Source of the DNA: Cyclobacteriaceae bacterium
GTDB taxonomy: Bacteria > Bacteroidota > Bacteroidia > Cytophagales > Cyclobacteriaceae
Direction: 5' to 3'
DNA length: 64,000 nucleotides
Assembly (NCBI GenBank): GCA_025055435.1
Contig: JANWWN010000012.1
Span: 212 to 64,211 of the forward strand
Below the pieces are notes generated by a model. It ran no database searches and was not told where the DNA came from. It saw only the letters and a program-made list of their open reading frames with translations. Numbering within the stretch: position 1 is the first letter of the stretch; each line of letters starts with the position of its first letter. The position numbers were made by a program, and so were the translations under genes. Positions 9,523-16,063 of the stretch are shown here, piece by piece.

Positions 9523-10815
9523 TTACAGCGGACGGTCAACATCGAACTGCTCCAGGTAATCGGCTACGCGGCGCACAAACGAGCCGCCCAATGCTCCGTC
9601 AATCACCCGGTGGTCGTAAGAATGCGACAGGAACATTTTATGACGGATGGCAATGGCATCGCCATAAGGTGTTTCGATAACGGCCGGCTTTTTCTGTATG
9701 GCGCCAATGGCAAGGATGGCTACCTGCGGCTGCATAATGATGGGTGTGCCCATCACGTTGCCGAATGAACCTACGTTTGATACGGTGTACGTGCCACCGG
9801 CCAGGTCATCGGGCTTGAGCTTGTTATCGCGTGCGCGGCTGGCCAGGTCGTTTACTATTCGCGCGAGACCGCTGATGTTGTACTGGTCGGCATTTTTTAT
9901 TACCGGAACAATCAGGTTGCCGGTGGGCAGGGCTACAGCCATGCCGATGTTGATGTCTTTTTTCTTAATGATGCGGTCGCCATCCACCTGAATGTTAATC
10001 AGCGGAAAATCCTTGATGGCCAATGCTACGGCTTCAATGAAGATGGGCGTAAAGGTGAGGCTTTCGCCATAGCGCTTCTGAAATTCATTTTTCACTTTGT
10101 TTCGCCAGAATACAATGTTGGTAACATCGGCTTCAACAAAGGAAGTAACGTGCGGAGATATGCGTTTGGATTCGATCATGCGCTCGGCAATCATTTTGCG
10201 CATGCGGTCCATTTCAATAATTTCATCGCCGGCAGAGACCGAAACGGGCTGAGGTTTAGATGCGGATGGTGTGCCTGCACTCACCCGAATGGTCTGGCCG
10301 AGTTTGCGTTGCTCGATATAGGCCAGGATGTCCTTCTTCGTTACCCGTCCTTCCAATCCGGTACCTGGTATGGTTTCCAGTTCGGCAAGTGAAATATTTT
10401 CTTCTTTGGCGATGGTTTTCACTAGGGGTGAGTAGAATCGTTTGGATTCTTTAAACGAGGCGGGTGCCCCGTGGCCGTTGGTGGAAACAGCAGCGGCTTT
10501 TTCCTTTTCCTTAACAGGTGCCGGTGCAGCAGCAGGCGTCGGAGGGTTTTGTTGTACTTCAGTAGCGGCTTCGGCTTCGGTTTCAATCAGGGCGATGGGC
10601 TTACCTACCTTAACCACTTCGCCTTCCTTAGCCAGAATTTCTTTCAGAATGCCGGCATGGGTGGAGGGCACTTCCGTATCTACCTTATCGGTGGCTACTT
10701 CCAGAACCGACTCATCCTGTTCGATTTTGTCGCCCGGTTTTTTTAACCAGGTCAGGATGGTGGCCTCCATAATGCTTTCGCCCATTTTGGGCATGATGAG
10801 TTCGACCAACGCCAT
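9523..10815 (-). CDS. 2-oxoacid dehydrogenase E2 component (dihydrolipoyllysine-residue acyltransferase)
   Basis: 430 aa. Lipoyl domain with VLEVATDKVDTEVPS. Ala/Pro linker. E3/E1-binding segment FYSPLVKTIAKEENISL. Catalytic motif SHSYDHRVIDGALGG. No E1 or E3 gene is adjacent, so substrate specificity is undetermined. Confidence 0.9.
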   Translation of the reverse strand: MALVELIMPKMGESIMEATILTWLKKPGDKIEQDESVLEVATDKVDTEVPSTHAGILKEILAKEGEVVKVGKPIALIETEAEAATEVQQNPPTPAAAPAPVKEKEKAAAVSTNGHGAPASFKESKRFYSPLVKTIAKEENISLAELETIPGTGLEGRVTKKDILAYIEQRKLGQTIRVSAGTPSASKPQPVSVSAGDEIIEMDRMRKMIAERMIESKRISPHVTSFVEADVTNIVFWRNKVKNEFQKRYGESLTFTPIFIEAVALAIKDFPLINIQVDGDRIIKKKDINIGMAVALPTGNLIVPVIKNADQYNISGLARIVNDLASRARDNKLKPDDLAGGTYTVSNVGSFGNVMGTPIIMQPQVAILAIGAIQKKPAVIETPYGDAIAIRHKMFLSHSYDHRVIDGALGGSFVRRVADYLEQFDVDRPL

Positions 10816-10897
10816 GGGAAACGAAAAATTTTGCGTGCGCCAAAGTTAGCATTTTTTACCCACCGGCTGGTTATATTGCGAAGTAAGCCGACGAGCG

Positions 10898-11170
10898 ATG
10901 AACAGGCAGCACATGCAACGTATCGCCCGCAAGTCGTTGTTTTGGGAAGTACCCGTGCATCGTATTGCTCAGGTTATTGAAGAATCGCCCGCATGGGTGG
11001 TTCAGCGTATTTTTGAGTACGGCTCGCTGAAAGATGTGGAAGCAGTGATTTTGTTGTATGGAGCCGACCGTGTGCGCGAACTGCTGCGCGAAATACCCAT
11101 GACACCGATGGTGCGTTCGATGGCCTATGTTTTTCTGGATTACGACCCGGAGGGATATTATACTTTTTAA
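10898..11170 (+). CDS. hypothetical protein (resembles the small LFW-x-V...YG domain I recall as DUF6922)
   Basis: 90 aa. SLFWEVPVHRI...IFEYGSLKDVEAVILLYG pattern. The family assignment is from memory only. Confidence 0.45.
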   Translation: MNRQHMQRIARKSLFWEVPVHRIAQVIEESPAWVVQRIFEYGSLKDVEAVILLYGADRVRELLREIPMTPMVRSMAYVFLDYDPEGYYTF

Positions 11171-11174
11171 TTTT

Positions 11175-11762
11175 TTATAACCACTTCATCCAAACTTCCT
11201 GATTAAAAACGGGAACCTGGTTTTTCAGGCATATGCGCATGGTATGGCCGGTACCGCCTTCCATCGGATTATCCAAATCGTCATAAAACAAACCGGCTGA
11301 TGCTGGCGCCAGATTATCGGCACCTAAAACCTTTAACGTATCGCGCAGAATATAAGCCGCCTTAATGGTGTACCGGTTACGCCCGCCATCAATAAATTCG
11401 TCAATGAGGTCCTCAGTAGGTTTATGCAGCTTTGACTGATGAACGATTTCCGGTTCGTTGGCCAAATTGATTTCATCGAGGTAAACGGACTGACCACCGG
11501 CTTCCTGCTTTTTTCGGTGGCCCCGATAAGGTGCTACAATCTGCAGCCGTCCACGATTAACCACCGCAACACCTGATGAGAACAGGTAATCCGCTCCCGG
11601 TGCGTTACCGCTTCGAAACAGCATGTGTTTCGTTTTTTCGGCAAGCAGTTTACCCAGGCGGATCAGCTTTACTTCATCTTCACTTTTCACTGTGCGCTTG
11701 CCTTCCAGCAATACAACGCAGCCGGGTTTATCGAATGTGAGAAGAAATTCCTGCAGGGTCAT
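11175..11762 (-). CDS. DprA/Smf-like Rossmann (SLOG superfamily) protein, stand-alone
   Basis: 195 aa. VVLLEGKR...MLFRSGNAPGADYLFSSGVAV...GRLQIVAPY and C-terminal GGTGHTMRICLKNQVPVF parallel the DprA core (IVGSR...SG-A-GID...GGS-IT...VFAVP). Its ATG overlaps the cinA stop (11759-11762). Confidence 0.45.
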   Translation of the reverse strand: MTLQEFLLTFDKPGCVVLLEGKRTVKSEDEVKLIRLGKLLAEKTKHMLFRSGNAPGADYLFSSGVAVVNRGRLQIVAPYRGHRKKQEAGGQSVYLDEINLANEPEIVHQSKLHKPTEDLIDEFIDGGRNRYTIKAAYILRDTLKVLGADNLAPASAGLFYDDLDNPMEGGTGHTMRICLKNQVPVFNQEVWMKWL

Positions 11763-13003
11763 GGAAGGTTCTGACGGATAAGATTAAGCAAAGCCGTTGA
11801 GGCCAGTTTAATGTTCAACAGGCGATCGGTGCCCAGTTGCAGTTTTTTCGTAACGGTTTTGTATTTATCGGAATAGGCTATCCAAACGAGGCCCACGGGC
11901 TTTTCGGGCGTGGCCCCACCCGGGCCGGCAATGCCACTGGTTGCCACACCGATATCGGTGCTGAATTTAGCGCGCACAATGTTGGCCATCTCAATAATGG
12001 TGGGTTCGCTTACAGCTCCGTATTTTTCCAGGGTTTCGGGCTTTACACCCAGTTGGCGCATTTTAATTTCGTAGGCATAGGGTATCATGGAACCCATAAA
12101 ATAATCGGAGCTGCCGGGAACGCTCGTGATGAGGTGCGAAACATAACCACCTGTACAGCTCTCGGCTATGGCTAAGGTAAGCTTTTTTTCGCGCAGTAAG
12201 TTACCTATTGCTTTTTCCAGGGGGTCATCGCTTAGCGCGTAAATATACTCGCTAATTAACGGTCGTAACAGGTCTATTTGTTTTTGTAAGTGTTCATGCA
12301 AAATCGCTTCATCCTCACCGGATGCGGTGAGACGCAGCTTCACTTCGCCCAGGCCGGGCAGATAAGCCAGCCTGATATGAGGCGGCAGCTGTTTTTCCCA
12401 TTCGGCTATTTTATCGGCAAGAAAGGACTCGCCAATTCCTGCGGTGCGGATGATGCGATGTACAATAACCGGTGGTTTAAATTTTTCCCTGATTTTCGGC
12501 AGCACCGCGTCTTCCATCATCTTTTTCATTTCATGCGGAACGCCCGGCATCGAAACAAAAACTTTACCGTTTCGCTCGAACCACATACCCGGTGCTGTAC
12601 CGATGGCGTTCGTAATTTTTTCGCAGCACACCGGTAGTGCGGCCTGCTGGCGGTTGGTTTCCGTCATGGCCCGTCCGCGTTTTTCAAAAAAGGCGGTAAT
12701 CTCGGCCAGCGCTTCTTCGTGGATTTTTATTTCGCAGTTAAAATACTTAGCAAGGCAGGGTTTAGTCAGGTCATCGCTGGTGGGGCCCAGCCCGCCGGTA
12801 ATCAACACAGCATCGGCGCGCTGTTCGGCCTGTGCAAAAGCATGTAAAATATCTGTTTCGTTATCGCCAACAGTTGTTCTGCGAATAACGCGGATGCCCG
12901 CTTCAGTAAGCTTGCCGCTGATCCAGTGCGAGTTGGTATCGAGGGTCTGTCCGTAAAGCAGTTCATCGCCAATGGCCAGAATTTCGGCAGTAATTTTTTT
13001 CAT
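11759..13003 (-). CDS. cinA: CinA family protein (MoCF-biosynthesis-like N-domain plus nicotinamide-nucleotide amidohydrolase PncC C-domain)
   Basis: 414 aa. N-terminus AEILAIGDELLYGQTLDTNSHWIS...ITGGLGPTSDDLT. C-terminus LAIAESCTGGYVSHLIT...GVATSGIAGPGG. Confidence 0.9.
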   Translation of the reverse strand: MKKITAEILAIGDELLYGQTLDTNSHWISGKLTEAGIRVIRRTTVGDNETDILHAFAQAEQRADAVLITGGLGPTSDDLTKPCLAKYFNCEIKIHEEALAEITAFFEKRGRAMTETNRQQAALPVCCEKITNAIGTAPGMWFERNGKVFVSMPGVPHEMKKMMEDAVLPKIREKFKPPVIVHRIIRTAGIGESFLADKIAEWEKQLPPHIRLAYLPGLGEVKLRLTASGEDEAILHEHLQKQIDLLRPLISEYIYALSDDPLEKAIGNLLREKKLTLAIAESCTGGYVSHLITSVPGSSDYFMGSMIPYAYEIKMRQLGVKPETLEKYGAVSEPTIIEMANIVRAKFSTDIGVATSGIAGPGGATPEKPVGLVWIAYSDKYKTVTKKLQLGTDRLLNIKLASTALLNLIRQNLP

Positions 13004-13116
13004 GTGTTCAGACTGGTCTCCTTATTTTCCGGTAAACTTGAATAGCTTTTTTCAAACAAAAAAGTATGCGTAAAGGTTGTGCTTAGTAAGTTGAAATGTG
13101 CCTATCTTCGTGGCGT

Positions 13117-13842
13117 ATGAAATCCCTTCTCAAAATTTCTTCAATACTACTAGTAGTGCTGAATGCCTGTACTTCGGCACAGTTATCACAAACTATTAAT
13201 GATTTAAACAAAACACTGGGCGGTGAAACTCCGCTTACCACGGCCGAGGTAGCCGATGGCTTGCGTGAAGCTTTGATCCAGGGAATATCGAAAGGCAGCG
13301 ACCTGGTATCGCAGACAGATGGTTATTTTAAAAATCCGGAAATAAAAATACCTTTCCCGCCCGATGTGAAAAAAGTAGAAAACACGCTACGCGATATTGG
13401 TTTAGGCAGTGAAGTCGATCGGTTTATTTTAACACTGAACCGCGGTGCCGAAGAGGCCGCCAAAGAAGCCAAGCCTATTTTTATACAAGCTATCCGGTCC
13501 ATGACCATTGACGATGCCTGGGCCATTCTGAAGGGCGAGCAAGATGCAGCAACCCAATATTTGCGGAGAACCACTTCAGCGCAACTCAGGGAAAAGTTCA
13601 AGCCGGTTATTCAAAGTGCATTAAATAAGGTCAACGCCACACGATACTACAGCGAGTTGGTAAATCGGTATAACCAGATTCCGTTTGTGGAAAAGGTTAA
13701 TCCCAACCTGGATGATTACGCTACTGATAAAGCCATTGACGGATTGTTCCTTATGATTGCCAAAGAAGAGAAACTGATTCGCGAAGATCCGGTGGCCCGC
13801 ACAACCGACCTGCTGAAGCGCGTATTTGGATACAAAAAATGA
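13117..13842 (+). CDS. DUF4197 domain-containing secreted protein
   Basis: ATG at 13117 gives signal MKSLLKISSILLVVLNACTSAQ. The body (DGLREALIQGISKGSDLVSQTDGYFKNPEIKIPFPPDVKKVENTLRDIGLG...AIDGLFLMIAKEEKLIREDP) matches the conserved DUF4197 pattern. Confidence 0.8.
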   Translation: MKSLLKISSILLVVLNACTSAQLSQTINDLNKTLGGETPLTTAEVADGLREALIQGISKGSDLVSQTDGYFKNPEIKIPFPPDVKKVENTLRDIGLGSEVDRFILTLNRGAEEAAKEAKPIFIQAIRSMTIDDAWAILKGEQDAATQYLRRTTSAQLREKFKPVIQSALNKVNATRYYSELVNRYNQIPFVEKVNPNLDDYATDKAIDGLFLMIAKEEKLIREDPVARTTDLLKRVFGYKK

Positions 13843-13846
13843 TTTT

Positions 13847-14329
13847 ATGAAGAAAATAATTTTCATGCTCATGGTGGGATTTTTTTCCTGCACAAGCCGG
13901 ACTTCCGAAAAAGCAAACGAAACTTCTTCTGCTGAACAACCTTCCTTTCAGGGTATATGCGGTTACCTGACCATAAGCGAAATGGAGGATGCCCTGGGTG
14001 TGAATCTTACTGGCACTCCTGAAGAATTTTCCGATGCCGACATGGGCACTGGATGTTCATTTAACGGAGCAGAAAGCGGAGGGAATGCCAACTTCGGATA
14101 CATTGCGGCGGGCGGTTCATCAGGGTTTGAAAAAGCAAAAACCGGAGAGCCTGTAGTGGATGTCGGCGATGAAGCCTATCTGGTTAACGGAGCCGATGCC
14201 CTGCAACTTTGGGCGCGACAGGGAAATAACTATGTGGTGGTTGCGCTTGGCGACAAGCCTCGCCCCGAACCATGTAAAAAACTTGCACGATTGCTACTGC
14301 AGCGATTTGAAGCACACCCTTTTCAATAA
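13847..14329 (+). CDS. hypothetical lipoprotein
   Basis: ATG at 13847 gives MKKIIFMLMVGFFSC (a lipobox-like Cys), 4 nt after the preceding stop. No family recognised. Confidence 0.55.
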   Translation: MKKIIFMLMVGFFSCTSRTSEKANETSSAEQPSFQGICGYLTISEMEDALGVNLTGTPEEFSDADMGTGCSFNGAESGGNANFGYIAAGGSSGFEKAKTGEPVVDVGDEAYLVNGADALQLWARQGNNYVVVALGDKPRPEPCKKLARLLLQRFEAHPFQ

Positions 14330-14337
14330 AGTTAGCT

Positions 14338-16005
14338 ATGAGTCTTTTTAATAAACACGAACAAACCATCCGCAAGGCAATAGAGGCCCTGCACACCCGT
14401 ACTTTTTTTGCTGCCTTCCCCGAACATCCGTCGCCTGCCGTTTATGGCGAAACAGCCGATGCCGACGGACAGGCCAGGTTTAAGGCACAGTTGGGTAAAA
14501 AATTTGAAGAGCTGCTACAGGAAAATCCGGCAAGCTGGATAGGTGAGGAGGAATCGCCTTACCTGCAGGAAAAACTGGATATCACCTATCCTTCATTTCC
14601 GGTTGAAACGCTGATTGACCGCGCCCGTAAGGCGTATCATGTGTGGCGTAAGGTATCGCCTGAACAGCGCGCGGGTATTCTGGCAGAATCGCTGGATCGG
14701 ATGAAGAGCCGTTTTTTCGAAATAGCTTATGCCACTATGCACACTACCGGCCAGGGGTTTATGATGGCCTTTCAGGCATCGGGGCCACATGCAGCCGATC
14801 GTGCCCTGGAAGCCATTGCTGCAGGCTACGAAGAACTTACCCGCTTTCCGCAGAAAGCATTTTGGGATAAACCTATGGGTAAGTTCAACATCCAGTTAAA
14901 CAAAGAATGGCGTGCGGTGCCTAAAGGTGTTTCGCTGGTAATCGGATGTTCAACGTTTCCAACCTGGAACACGGTACCCGGGTTATATGCCAGTCTGGTA
15001 ACCGGTAATCCGGTAATTGTAAAGCCGCATCCCGGAGCAGTTTTGCCCATCGCCATAGTGGTGGCTGAAATACAGAAAGTGCTGAAGGAACAAAATCTGG
15101 ATCCTCATATCTGCCAGCTTGCTCCCGACACATCTGACAAACTGATTACTAAAGAGCTGGCCGAACATCCGGATGTTAAGCTCATTGACTTTACCGGCAA
15201 CTCTGTTTTTGGAAACTACCTGGAGTCGCTACCGGGTAAAACTACTTTCACCGAAAAAACCGGAGTAAACTGTGTGCTGTTGCATTCGGTTCAGGATGCA
15301 GATAAGGTGGCTGCAAACCTGGCATTCTCCGTGTCGTTGTACAGCGGGCAGATGTGTACCGCTCCGCAAAACTTTTTTATTCCGGAAAAGGGTATTCAGA
15401 CCGCACAAGGTGAAATTTCATTTGAAGAATTTGCGCAAAAGTTTATTGACAACCTGAACAGTTTGATTGACAACCCCAAGGCTGGTCCTTTTGTACTGGG
15501 TACGATTCAGAACAAACGCACGTACGACCGGATAGCCGAGGCCGAGAAACTGCCGGGGAAAGTCTGGCTGAAATCCCGAACCATTGCGCATCCGCAATTC
15601 AGTAAGGCGCGCACGGCAACGCCGGTAGTGGTGGAAGTAAATGCAGATAAGACTGATATCTTCTCCAAAGAATTATTTGGTCCTATTGCACTCCTGATTA
15701 AGGTGAAAGATATAGAACATGCCTTGCACCTGGCCGGTGAGCTGGCACGCAAACATGGGGCAATCAGTTGCGGTGCTTATACCACCGATAAAGGCGTTCG
15801 TGAAAAGATTGCCGATGAAATGGCGTTGGCTGGCGCACCTGTATCTTTTAATCTGGTGGGTGGAATTTACATGAATCAGAACGCCGGTTTCAGCGACTTT
15901 CATGTAACCGGAGGTAACCCGGCGGGTAACGCCTCATTCACCAATCCGGAGTTTGTGGTGAAACGATTTACCTGGGTAGGTCACCGCGAACCTGCAGTAG
16001 CCTAA
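14338..16005 (+). CDS. paaN: PaaN-type aldehyde dehydrogenase (phenylacetic acid degradation protein PaaN family)
   Basis: 555 aa. ALDH-fold catalytic Cys context LYSGQMCTAPQN. The length and the N-terminus (FAAFPEHPSPAVYGE) fit the PaaN family as I remember it. Confidence 0.6.
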   Translation: MSLFNKHEQTIRKAIEALHTRTFFAAFPEHPSPAVYGETADADGQARFKAQLGKKFEELLQENPASWIGEEESPYLQEKLDITYPSFPVETLIDRARKAYHVWRKVSPEQRAGILAESLDRMKSRFFEIAYATMHTTGQGFMMAFQASGPHAADRALEAIAAGYEELTRFPQKAFWDKPMGKFNIQLNKEWRAVPKGVSLVIGCSTFPTWNTVPGLYASLVTGNPVIVKPHPGAVLPIAIVVAEIQKVLKEQNLDPHICQLAPDTSDKLITKELAEHPDVKLIDFTGNSVFGNYLESLPGKTTFTEKTGVNCVLLHSVQDADKVAANLAFSVSLYSGQMCTAPQNFFIPEKGIQTAQGEISFEEFAQKFIDNLNSLIDNPKAGPFVLGTIQNKRTYDRIAEAEKLPGKVWLKSRTIAHPQFSKARTATPVVVEVNADKTDIFSKELFGPIALLIKVKDIEHALHLAGELARKHGAISCGAYTTDKGVREKIADEMALAGAPVSFNLVGGIYMNQNAGFSDFHVTGGNPAGNASFTNPEFVVKRFTWVGHREPAVA

Positions 16006-16015
16006 GCTTTAAACG

Positions 16016-16045
16016 AAAAACCCGACTCATTCGAGTCGGGTTTTT
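16016..16045. terminator. bidirectional intrinsic terminator
   Basis: aaaaacccgactc (16016-16028) pairs with gagtcgggttttt (16033-16045), loop attc. It sits between convergent stops at 16005 and 16064. Confidence 0.75.
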
Positions 16046-16063
16046 CGTTCTCACTGTTTGTTA

